A program made the position numbers and the translations under genes. A stretch of 64,000 bases of DNA from Octopus sinensis (lineage: Eukaryota), in assembly GCF_006345805.1 (NCBI RefSeq), contig NC_042998.1, forward strand, positions 22,568,001 to 22,632,000, written 5' to 3'. Below, piece by piece: positions 1 through 10,952 of this stretch (positions are counted from its first letter, which is position 1; each line of letters starts with the position of its first letter). The notes below the pieces were generated by a model. It ran no database searches. It saw only the letters and a program-made list of their open reading frames with translations, and was not told the DNA's origin.

Positions 1-331
1 GGAAAACTTAACAAGAAATTGTCAGGTAGATAGCGTAAAAACCTCATAAGAAAAAATTTCGAAAATAATTATTTCTTATTGAACATATTAATTTATATAT
101 AGAGGGCATTATACATACATGCCAGGAGGCATTCTACATACACGCCATACGCTAAGAGGGACAATCAGTCATTTCTACCAAAAATATTACTAATCCCACC
201 GAATGCAATTTTTCAAAGAAAGACATTTAAAAATATATAGACCTGTATCACAGTGATTTCATACTTACGTAATCATCAGCAGGCCTGAATATACTATAAA
301 TAAACAACGACCCTGCTTCGCTTAAGCCGAT
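1..331. repeat. Partial unit of a ~470-bp tandem repeat, left flank of the LINE insertion
   Basis: 1-250 recurs nearly identically at ~11086-11340 and as reverse complement in 11341-11890. It ends in one arm of the hairpin split by the insertion (CCCTGCTTCGCTTAAGCCGAT, 311-331). Confidence 0.9.
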
Positions 332-348
332 CAGCTAACTGATCAACA
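332..348. repeat. 17-bp target-site duplication CAGCTAACTGATCAACA (copy 1 of 3)
   Basis: Identical 17-mer at 332-348, 5638-5654 and 10936-10952, at each element boundary. Flanking bases differ on both sides, which fixes the length. Confidence 0.95.
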
Positions 349-590
349 ATTTCTTTATTACAATTATAAAAATTAATACATAGAAAGGACGAATACAGGA
401 CATACATACATACAAGAAAATTTAAGAGAATCGATTAAAAAAAGTTTCGTTTGTATTCGTTATAAGTAATAGTTTTTTCGTAACTAGTGTTACAAACACT
501 TGTAGCTGACCTTTGTGATTATACTCGAGCTTTCACACCCCGGCAATTGTTGAGGCCCTGCAGCTTCCACTTCCTCTCTCTCCTCCATGG

Positions 591-3500
591 TCAAGCTGGC
601 CTTCTCGTACCCACCTTTCTTTCCACTTCCTTCCATCTATTCGCATACACTCCCCGCGGCAGGGTCCTCCTCTCCAGTCCCATCTTGCTTCTCAGATGAT
701 ATCTGAAGTAGGTGAGCAAGCCGGGCCCGGAGACAAATGACCCTGTCGCGGTTCCTTCCATTCTCGTTCTCCACATGCATTCCTTTACCACTGCAACCGT
801 GCAGTGAAAACATGCCTCACCTTCCTTCGAGAGTCCAGTTGGCGGTATCATCTTAATCATAGACTCAGCCGACAGCTGTACTCGTCCCAGATGCGATAAC
901 ACGTGTTCTGCGTAACTTATCAAGTCGTTCAACTTCCGACAATGAAAAAAAGCGTGCTGAACGGTTTCATCGTCCAGCCCGCATCTTTGACACGTCGGTG
1001 GCACTGGAACTCCGTGCCGTGATAACTTTTCGCGAACAGGTAAAGCATTCCTGTAGCACTGCCAAGCCAGGGATCTTTGGAAATTATCCAAATACCCCGA
1101 CCTGAACGTTTTCTTAAACAGATTGGCAAGCTGGTTTTCATCAAACCCCAGAGCCCCTCCTAGGACGTCATCGTTTTTACCTTCTACAGCCCTCTATAAA
1201 ATACCGAGGTGGTATTTCCGCAGCCGGCCTGCCCGCCTTGTGGATCAGCGTGAGTGCCTGTCGGCACTCCTTTTGCCATGGAGTCAGATTGCATCTTCTG
1301 ATGTAACCGGGTTTAAAATTAACTAAGGAGGCCGGTCTCGGAAAAAATCCCTCTGCCAACGGACTCCACACCTTATCACCTTCCAGGTGGTGCCAGAGAT
1401 GTCTTAGTCTCAACGCATGTCTGCGCATCATTAACCAAGGCATCCCTAACCCACCCTTTAACGTTCTTGACAGCACACGGAGCGTCTCACAAGTGGCTTT
1501 CCTCCTTTCCACAAAAAGCGGAAGAGGGCTCGTTCCAACTTGTTAAGCCATGAGTCGGGGCAAGGGACGACGGTCAGGCGGTAGGTGATTACGGATGCAA
1601 TAAACATCTGCGCCACCTCCGCCCTTCCTTTCAAGGACAGAGACCTTCCGGACCAGGTCCGTATTATGGCCTCCACCTTGCCCGTCACCTCGCTCCAGTT
1701 CTTCTCCGTTTGGGAGTCCGGTCCAAACCAGACTCCCAGCAACTTAACAGGGCCATCCGTCCAGTGTCCCACAACACTGGACAATATCGGCTTGTTCCTC
1801 CAGGTGCCGAGGCGCAAGCCGACCGATTTGTCCCTGTTAACCTTTGCTCCTGCCACCGCCTCGTATCCTCTGATAGCCTCCTCTACACCAGGTAGTTGGG
1901 CCTCCTTGGACACGATGAGGGTGATGTCATCCGCATAGGCAGTGACCGACCTCCCACCTCCGATTCCATCTGAGTTACTCCCCAGCCTCTCCAACCTTCG
2001 CAGTGTGGCTCGAGAGCCAATACGTACAAAAGTGGTGACAAGGGGCACCCCTGACGTACTGAACATTCGATCGAAAACGGTTCTGTTAGGTAACCGTTTA
2101 TCTGGACGGTGGACTTGATGCCGCTGTACATAGCGGAGATCCACCCGCGGAATTCGGGACCCAGTCCGGTCGCTTCGAGGACCGCCGCCAGGTACCCATG
2201 GTCTACTACCCTATCGAAGGCTTTACTTTGGTCCAAGTGGACCATTACCCCACCTTTGCCGGTTACTTTACCCACCCTATCTAAGGTGTAGCGTATAAGG
2301 TGAAGGTTGTCCTGGATCGACCTGCCTGGAATTGCACATGTCTGTGCTCTCCCTACAAGTTTCTCCACGACAACCGTCAACCTTTTTGCTAACACCTTGG
2401 CCAAAATCTTTAACTCTACATTAAGTAGAGTTATGGGCCTGTAGTTACTAATCATATCCCCTTTGCTCGGGTCTTTCTGGATTAGCGTCACACACTCCCC
2501 GGCTTACAGAACTGGGAATTCTCCCGTTCTGCTGCCAGTTCGTGTAGACGCCTGCAGTATTCCCCCCCCAACAAATCCGGCATATTTTGGTAAAACTCGT
2601 AGGGCAGACCATCCAGCCCCGGCGATTTCTCCCCGGCGCACTCGGCCAGCACTTCCCTTATTTCCGCGGGAGTGATCGCTCCTTCACAGCACTCCGCCTC
2701 ACCCGCCGCGCGAGCCGCGGCCCGCCGGCCAGGAAGTCCCTTAAGGCACTCCCCCGGTCCAGCGGGCCACCACCCCCGAACGCGCGCGCGAAATGCTGGT
2801 GAAGAAACTTTTGCATCTCCTCCTGTCCATAGATCTTTTGTCCCTGTTCGCCAGTCAAAGATTTTATTGAGGCTCTGTTGCCTCTCTTACTCTCCACACG
2901 ACGGGCCCATCCGGCTACGTTAACACCTTCTCGTTTCCCGGCGCGCAGCTTAGCTCTGACTCTGCAACCTTCGTGTTTGGAGTCAAGGTGTCGGTACAAT
3001 ACCGTCCTTGCCGCCAGTACTCTCGGATGCAGAGCCAGCTTCCATTGCCTCGTCTAGATTCTTAACTAAATCGCCCTCTAGACTAGCTCTATCTGTCCTT
3101 ATCTGATTGCTAAATCTAACGGACTCTAATCGAATGGCTCTTTTGAGGGCGTGCCACCATCTATTGTTAATGACGGTGCCGCACAATGCCCTCTGAACTA
3201 ACTCCTTAAATCCGGTACGGAAGTCTTCACAATTCAAAATAGCCTTGTTCAGCTTCCAGTACCCGGGTCCCTGTCTATGACACTTGTCTAATTGCACCTC
3301 ACACGTCACAAACTTGTGATCCGAGTAAGGTACAATATGAAATTGTGGACAACTAAACGTATCCTTATCTCTTTTTTTTATAATTATCCTATCTAGGTAC
3401 GATCTGTGTGAGCCGTCGTAGTTACTCCACGTCCACTGTGGAACGCTCGGCTCATCCAGTCGGTAACGGTCCACTAGATCAAAGCTCTCCAGTAGACCCT

Positions 3501-3984
3501 TGAGGCTAGGATTCCCCTTCCTATTAGTTGAGCCAACACTGTCGATGTGCGCTTCAAGGACAGTGTTAAAGTCCCCTACTAGTATTACTGTTTTCGACGT
3601 CGCCAGAAAGGGCTCCAGGCTTCGAAAGAAACCCAACTGTCTACCCTCGTTCGGGGCGTAGACAGCTACCAACCTGAAGGACTGTTTACTTGCGTGAGTC
3701 ACATCCAGGACAACCAGCCTGCCTTCTGGGTCCAGAAAGACAGTACTTACCTGCAGGTCCAAGCTCTTCCTGATGAAGACTGCCACGCCTCTTCCTCCTC
3801 CTCGGCTAGGAGAAATAAATTTCTCGAAACCATTTAGAAGAGGTGAGAACGCTTGGGTCTCGCTCATCTTGGACTCGGTTACGATAGCAACATCTATACC
3901 TTGTGTCGTGAGGTCGTTCAGGAAACAAATTTGTTTCCGTTTCGACCCCATTCCACGTATGTTTAGGCAGCCCAGCTTGGCCAT
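591..3984 (-). CDS. ORF2 (AP endonuclease, reverse transcriptase, C-terminal CCHC), broken by about five frameshifts as assembled
   Basis: Consecutive ORF pieces: LNIRG, VAVYAPN, VGDFN, YLDRI, SDHK (APE); NYRPITLLN, DQSKAFDRV, RQGCPLSPLLY, AYADD (RT); CQRCGLDDETVQHAFFHC (zinc finger). About 1130 codons end to end. Confidence 0.9.
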
Positions 3985-4042
3985 TGTGAGCGAGGGAGAG
4001 AAATAACTATATACTCACGTTTGTGAAAGGGAGCACGGCGGT

Positions 4043-5333
4043 CTAATTTTGCCTGCTTCCCTTTCTTCCGCTACTGCAGGGCTTTTGACCGGCGTTGCCA
4101 CTGGGCTCTGGGTTGGTGTGGTTGCCGGGGTTATTGTTAGTTTTCCTTCTAACACCTCTTTGGTGACATCTCTTATTAGGCGGTTCTTCAGGTGTTCCTG
4201 AAGAACCTCCTCCTTCCTTCCATTCGTTCTCGCCTACCTTGGCGAAGCGCGCAATTGCTTTTCCATCTGAGGTTCTGCTATACAGCATAAACCTCGACAG
4301 TTTGCAGCATTTGTAAACTTTTTCGTTTTTTTCATCAAACGCAATTATTTTTTCGTTTTTCAATAAACATTTTTTTGGATCTTGTTTTACGGGGAGGGGT
4401 TTGGCAAACTGTTTTCCAATGAAAACAGTGCCATGGGGGTAGGGTTGGGGGATTTGCTTAATGTGTGTGTCTGTAGTGCTAGTTGTTTTTTTCCTTGTTT
4501 GGGGAGGGGAGTCCAGGGTATTTTCTTTTTTTCTTTTGTGCGTAACTTGGGTGTATTCCATCGGTTCTATTTGGTCTATTTTTGCTTCCGTATTTGTCTT
4601 GGTCGTTTTGTTGTTCTCTTAGAGCTTCCTCTCCCTCCGCATTAGGTACACTTGGAGGGGCCGCATCTTCTGTTCTTTTTTTTCTGATGCAATTGGAACG
4701 GACGTGACCCTTTTCTCCACACTTGAAGCATCTGGGTCTTCGTCCTTCCACCGACACTCTCATGGACGTGCCATCCTCGTTAAAAATCCTGTCAGGCAGG
4801 CTCTCCAAGATCTTGTTCTCTGCCTGTACGAGGAGCTCCAGAGTCTGACCCCTCCAACGTACCGCTTCCTTCCTTCTCATTTGCAGTATGTTCATTTCGC
4901 GTTCTACATCATGTAAGACCGCCGCTGCTACCCACATGGTGTCGTATCCTCTGGTTTCTTCAACCGTTACCTTTGCGGTTCTCTTCCCCATATACGAGGG
5001 TAGCAGCATGATGTCGTCGTTTTTAAGGGTCAACGACGACACCTCCTTCGCCACCTCTGCCGTGTCAAAGTGTGCTTCGATCGTGGCACTTCGTGCACCT
5101 CTCACTATATGGCGAATTTTATCCCACACCGGGGCCAAGCATTTCTCAACGGTTTCGTTTTTTACTTCCATGATCTTTTTTTCTTTAAAGTTGTACACTT
5201 TATAGATTACGATCTTTTCCCTAATTTCTTGCACCTTCGCTTGCGGCGGCACAAGCCTTATTTTCTCTCCTTCTAGTTTTACCAAATTCCTATATTCGTA
5301 CAGTTGTTCAATCTTGAATTCTATCTCCAACAT
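4043..5333 (-). CDS. ORF1 gag-like nucleic-acid-binding protein, one apparent frameshift near 4560
   Basis: ATG at 5333 in GCCATG context; CFKCGEKGHVRSNC zinc knuckle; continues into the 4043-4561 ORF; stop 58 bp upstream of the ORF2 ATG. Confidence 0.82.
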
Positions 5334-5637
5334 GGCGCCGCCCACCGCGGCCGAGAATGATTGCCTGGGTACTGGTTTTCCTCTTTTTCACCTTTTCCCA
5401 TCACGGGAAAGTCTTCCTTCGACGTTAGGTCGAACTCCATCTCTGAAGGTTACCTTTAAGGTAACAAGAATATGGTTAGAACAAAATTTTCTGCCCCGTA
5501 GGGCGAAAATTATCGTTTTACGACGGGTACTGTTCAGAACAGTTTACACAAACAATGATATTATAACTTCGAATTCTCTTAAATAGCAGCAGCAAATTTC
5601 TCACAACGCAAAACGCAACAAACTGCTCCGCAAATGA

Positions 5638-5654
5638 CAGCTAACTGATCAACA
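5638..5654. repeat. 17-bp target-site duplication (copy 2 of 3), between the two LINE copies
   Basis: CAGCTAACTGATCAACA separates the 5' end of copy 1 from the 3' end of copy 2. Confidence 0.95.
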
Positions 5655-5896
5655 ATTTCTTTATTACAATTATAAAAATTAATACATAGAAAGGACGAAT
5701 ACAGGACATACATACATACAAGAAAATTTAAGAGAATCGATTAAAAAAAGTTTCGTTTGTATTCGTTATAAGTAATAGTTTTTTCGTAACTAGTGTTACA
5801 AACACTTGTAGCTGACCTTTGTGATTATACTCGAGCTTTCACACCCCGGCAATTGTTGAGGCCCTGCAGCTTCCACTTCCTCTCTCTCCTCCATGG

Positions 5897-8800
5897 TCAA
5901 GCTGGCCTTCTCGTACCCACCTTTCTTTCCACTTCCTTCCATCTATTCGCATACACTCCCCGCGGCAGGGTCCTCCTCTCCAGTCCCATCTTGCTTCTCA
6001 GATGATATCTGAAGTAGGTGAGCAAGCCGGGCCCGGAGACAAATGACCCTGTCGCGGTTCCTTCCATTCTCGTTCTCCACATGCATTCCTTTACCACTGC
6101 AACCGTGCAGTGAAAACATGCCTCACCTTCCTTCGAGAGTCCAGTTGGCGGTATCATCTTAATCATAGACTCAGCCGACAGCTGTACTCGTCCCAGATGC
6201 GATAACACGTGTTCTGCGTACTTATCAAGTCGTTCAACTTCCGACAATGAAAAAAAGCGTGCTGAACGGTTTCATCGTCCAGCCCGCATCTTTGACACGT
6301 CGGTGGCACTGGAACTCCGTGCCGTGATAACTTTTCGCGAACAGGTAAAGCATTCCTGTAGCACTGCCAAGCCAGGGATCTTTGGAAATTATCCAAATAC
6401 CCCGACCTGAACGTTTTCTTAAACAGATTGGCAAGCTGGTTTTCATCAAACCCCAGAGCCCCTCCTAGGACGTCATCGTTTTTACCTTCTACCAGCCCTC
6501 TATAAAATACCGAGGTGGTATTCCGCAGCCGGCCTTGCCCGCCTTGTGGATCAGCGTGAGTGCCTGTCGGCACTCCTTTTGCCATGGAGTCAGATTGCAT
6601 CTTCTGATGTAACCGGGTTTAAAATTAACTAAGGAGGCCGGTCTCGGAAAAAATCCCTCTGCCAACGGACTCCACACCTTATCACCTTCCAGGTGGTGCC
6701 AGAGATGTCTTAGTCTCAACGCATGTCTGCGCATCATTAACCAAGGCATCCCTAACCCACCCTTTAACGGTTCTTGACAGCACACGGAGCGTCTCACAAG
6801 TGGCTTTCCTCCTTTCCACAAAAAGCGGAAGAGGGCTCGTTCCAACTTGTTAAGCCATGAGTCGGGGCAAGGGACGACGGTCAGGCGGTAGGTGATTACG
6901 GATGCAATAACATCTGCGCCACCTCCGCCCTTCCTTTCAAGGACAGAGACCTTCCGGACCAGGTCCGTATTATGCCTCCACCTTGCCCGTCACCTCGCTC
7001 CAGTTCTTCTCCGTTTGGGAGTCCGTCCAAACCAGACCCCAGCAACTAAACAGGGCCATCCGTCCAGTGTCCCACAACACTGGACAATATCGGCTTGTTC
7101 CTCCAGGTGCCGAGGCGCAAGCCGACCGATTTGTCCCTGTTACCTTTGCTCCTGCCACCGCCTCGTATCCTCTGATAGCCTCCTCTACACCAGTAGTTGG
7201 GCCTCCTTGGACACGATGAGGGTGATGTCATCCGCATAGGCAGTGACCGACCTCCCCCTCCGATTCCATCTGAGTTACTACCCCAGCCTCTCCAACCTTC
7301 GCAGTAGTGGCTCGAGAGCCAATACGTACAAAAGTGGTGACAAGGGGCACCCCTGACGTACTGAACATTCGATCGAAAACGGTTCTGTTAGGTAACCGTT
7401 TATCTGGACGGTGGACTTGATGCCGCTGTACATAGCGGAGATCCACCCGAATTCGGGACCCAGTCCGGTCGCTTCGAGGACCGCCGCCAGGTACCCATGG
7501 TCTAACCCTATCGAAGGCTTTACTTTGGTCCAAGTGGACCATACCTACCCCACCTTTGCCGGTTACTTTACCCACCCTATCTAAGGTGTAGCGTATAAGG
7601 TGAAGTTTGTCCTGGATCGACCTGCCTGGAATTGCACATGTCTGTGCTCTCCCTACAAGTTTCTCCACGACAACCGTCAACCTTTTTGCTAACACCTTGG
7701 CCAAAATCTTTAACTCTACATTAAGTAGAGTTATGGGCCTGTAGTTACTAATCATATCCCCTTTGCTCGGGTCTTTCTGGATTAGCGTCACCACTCCCCG
7801 GCTTACAGAACTGGGAATTCTCCCGTTCTGCTGCCAGTTCGTGTAGACGCCTGCCAGTATTCCCCCGAACAAATCCGGCATATTTTGGTAAAACTCTCGT
7901 AGGGCAGACCATCCAGCCCCGGCGATTTCTCCCCGGCGCACTCGGCCAGCACTTCCCTTATTTCCGCGGGAGTGATCGCTCCTTCACACAGCACTCCGCC
8001 TCACGCCCCGCGAGCCGCGGCCCGCCGGCCAGGAAGTCCCTTAAGGCACTCCCCCGGTCCAGCGGGCCACCACCCCCGAACGCGCGCGCGAAATGCTGGT
8101 GAAAACTTTTGCATCTCCTCCTGTCCATAGATCTTTTGTCCCTGTTCGCCAGTCAAAGATTTTATTGAGGCTCTGTTGCCTCTCTTACTCTCCACACGAC
8201 GGGCCCATCCGGCTACGTTAACACCTTCTCGTTTCCCGGCGCGCAGCTTAGCTCTGACTCTGCAACCTTCGTGTTTGGAGTCAAGTGTCGGTACAATACC
8301 GTCCTTGCCGCCAGTACTCCGGATGCAGAGCCAGCTTCCATTGCCTCGTCTAGATTCTTAACTAAATCGCCCTCTAGACTAGCTCTATCTGTCCTTATCT
8401 GATTGCTAAATCTAACGGACTCTAATCGAATGGCTCTTTTGAGGGCGTGCCACCATCTATTGTTAATGACGGTGCCGCACAATGCCCTCTGAACTAACTC
8501 CTTAATCCGGGTACGGAAGTCTTCACAATTCAAAATAGCCTTGTTCAGCTTCCAGTACCCGGGTCCCTGTCTATGACACTTGTCTAATTGCACCTCACAC
8601 GTCACAAACTTGTGATCCGAGTAAGGTACAATATGAAATTGTGGACAACTAAACGTATCCTTATCTCTTTTTTTTATAATTATCCTATCTAGGTACGATC
8701 TGTGTGAGCCGTCGTAGTTACTCACGTCCACTGTGGAACGCTCGGCTCATCCAGTCGGTAACGGTCCACTAGATCAAAGCTCTCCAGTAGACCCTTGAGG

Positions 8801-9278
8801 CTAGGATTCCCCTTCCTATTAGTTGAGCCAACACTGTCGATGTGCGCTTCAAGGACAGTGTTAAAGTCCCCTACTAGTATTACTGTTTTCGACGTCGCCA
8901 GAAAGGGCTCCAGGCTTCGAAAGAAACCCAACTGTCTACCCTCGTTCGGGGCGTAGACAGCTACCAACCTGAAGGACTGTTTACTTGCGTGAGTCACATC
9001 CAGGACAACCAGCCTGCCTTCTGGGTCCAGAAAGACAGTACTTACCTGCAGGTCCAAGCTCTTCCTGATGAGACTGCCACGCCTCTTCCTCCTCCTCGGC
9101 TAGGAGAAATAAATTTCTCGAAACCATTTAGAAGAGGTGAGAACGCTTGGGTCTCGCTCATCTTGGACTCGGTTACGATAGCAACATCTATACCTTGTGT
9201 CGTGAGGTCGTTCAGGAAACAAATTTGTTTCCGTTTCGACCCCATTCCACGTATGTTTAGGCAGCCCAGCTTGGCCAT
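5897..9278 (-). pseudogene. ORF2 of copy 2, heavily frameshifted as assembled
   Basis: Same APE/RT/CCHC peptides as 591-3984, in more fragments. Confidence 0.85.
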
Positions 9279-9334
9279 TGTGAGCGAGGGAGAGAAATAA
9301 CTATACTCACGTTTGTGAAAGGGAGCACGGCGGT

Positions 9335-10631
9335 CTAATTTTGCCTGCTTCCCTTTCTTCCGCTACTGCAGGGCTTTTGACCGCGTTGCCACTGGGCTCT
9401 GGGTTGGTGTGGTTGCCGGGGTTATTGTTAGTTTTCCTTCTAACACCTCTTACCTCTTTGTGACATCTCTTATTAGGCGGTTCTTCAGGTGTTCCTGAAG
9501 ACCTCCTCCTTCCATTCGTTCTCGCCTACCTTGGCGAAGCGCGCAATTGCTTTTCCATCTGAGGTTCTGCTATACAGCATGAACCTCGACAGTTTGCAGC
9601 ATTTGTAAACTTTTTCGTTTTTTTCATCAAACGCAATTATTTTTTCGTTTTTCAATAAACATTTTTTAGGATCTTGTTTTACGGGGAGGGGTTTGGCAAA
9701 CTGTTTTCCAATGAAAACAGTGCCATGGGGGTAGGGTTGGGGGATTTGCTTAATGTGTGTGTCTGTAGTGCTAGTTGTTTTTTTCCTTGTTTGGGGAGGG
9801 GAGTCCAGGTATATTTTCTTTTTTTCTTTTGTGCGTAACTTGGGTATTCCATCGGTTCTATTTGGTCTATTTTTGCTTCCGTATTTGTCTGGTCGTTTTG
9901 TTGTTCTTCTTAGCTTCCTCTCCCTCCGCATTGGGTACACTTGAGGGGCCGCATCTTCTGTTCTTTTTTCCTGATGCAATTGGAACGGACGTGACCCTTT
10001 TCTCCACACTTGAAGCATCTGGGTCTTCGTCCTTCCACCGACACTCTCATGGACGTGCCATCCTCGTTAAAAATCCTGTCAGGCAGGCTCTCCAAGATCT
10101 TGTTCTCTGCCTGTACGAGGAGCTCCAGAGTCTGACCCCTCCAACGCACCGCTTCCTTCCTTCTCATTTGCAGTATGTTCATTTCGCGTTCTACATCATG
10201 TAGAGACCGCCGCTGCTACCCACATGGTGTCGTATCCTCTGGGTATGTCTTCAACCGTTACCTTGCGGTTCTCTTCCCCATATACGAGGGTAGCAGCATG
10301 ATGTCGTCGTTTTTAAGTTAAGGGTCAACGACGACACCTCCTTCGCCACCTCTGCCTGTGTCAAAGTGTGCTTCGATCGTGGCACTACTTCGTGCACCTC
10401 TCACTATATGGCGAATTTTATCCCACACCGGGGCCAAGCATTTCTCAACGGTTTCGTTTTTTACTTCCATGATCTTTTTTTCTTTAAAGTTGTACACTTT
10501 ATAGATTACGATCTTTTCCCTAATTTCTTGCACCTTCGCTTGCGGCGGCACAAGCCTTATTTCTCCTCCTTCTAGTTTTACCAATTCCTATATTCGTACA
10601 GTTGTTCAATCTTGAATTCTATCTCCAACAT
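9335..10631 (-). pseudogene. ORF1 of copy 2, frameshifted as assembled
   Basis: Fragments 10318-10584, 9910-10182 (CCHC knuckle) and 9485-10018 match ORF1 of copy 1. Confidence 0.8.
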
Positions 10632-10935
10632 GGCGCCGCCCACCGGGGCCGAGAATGATTGCCTGGTACTGGGTTTTCCTCTTTTTCACCTTTTCCCATC
10701 ACGGGAAAGTCTTCCTTCGACGTTAGGTCGAACTCCATCTCTGAAGGTTACCTTTAAGGTAACAAGAATATGGTTAGAACAAAATTTTCTGCCCCGTAGG
10801 GCGAAAATTATCGTTTTACGACGGGTACTGTTCAGAACAGTTTACACAAACAATGATATTATAACTTCGAATTCTCTTAAATAGCAGCAGCAAATTTCTC
10901 ACAACGCAAAACGCAACAAACTGCTCCGCAAATGA

Positions 10936-10952
10936 CAGCTAACTGATCAACA
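10936..10952. repeat. 17-bp target-site duplication (copy 3 of 3)
   Basis: CAGCTAACTGATCAACA followed by TCAACGAAGCACATGG, the other arm of the target hairpin. Confidence 0.95.

Larger units (their letters stand above)
349..5637 (-). mobile_element. Full-length Tx1/L1-group non-LTR retrotransposon, copy 1 (5289 bp)
   Basis: ~300-bp 5' UTR, ORF1 with CX2CX4HX4C knuckle, ORF2 with APE+RT+CCHC, ~240-bp 3' UTR ending AATAAAGAAAT, bounded by 17-bp TSDs. GPGYWKLN after the endonuclease is typical of Tx1/L1 ORF2. Confidence 0.93.
5655..10935 (-). mobile_element. Full-length Tx1/L1-group retrotransposon, copy 2 (5281 bp)
   Basis: Collinear with 349-5637 with the same 5' and 3' ends; visible differences are mostly 1-4 bp indels. 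Confidence 0.9.

Noticed and set aside
5600-5612. Downstream promoter element at +28 to +32 of the LINE
   Set aside because: CGTTG matches only 4 of 5 positions of RGWYV, too weak to call.
487-10884. Plus-strand ORFs overlapping the Tx1 copies
   Set aside because: Antisense shadows of ORF1/ORF2 and UTRs with no motif; not needed to explain the sequence.
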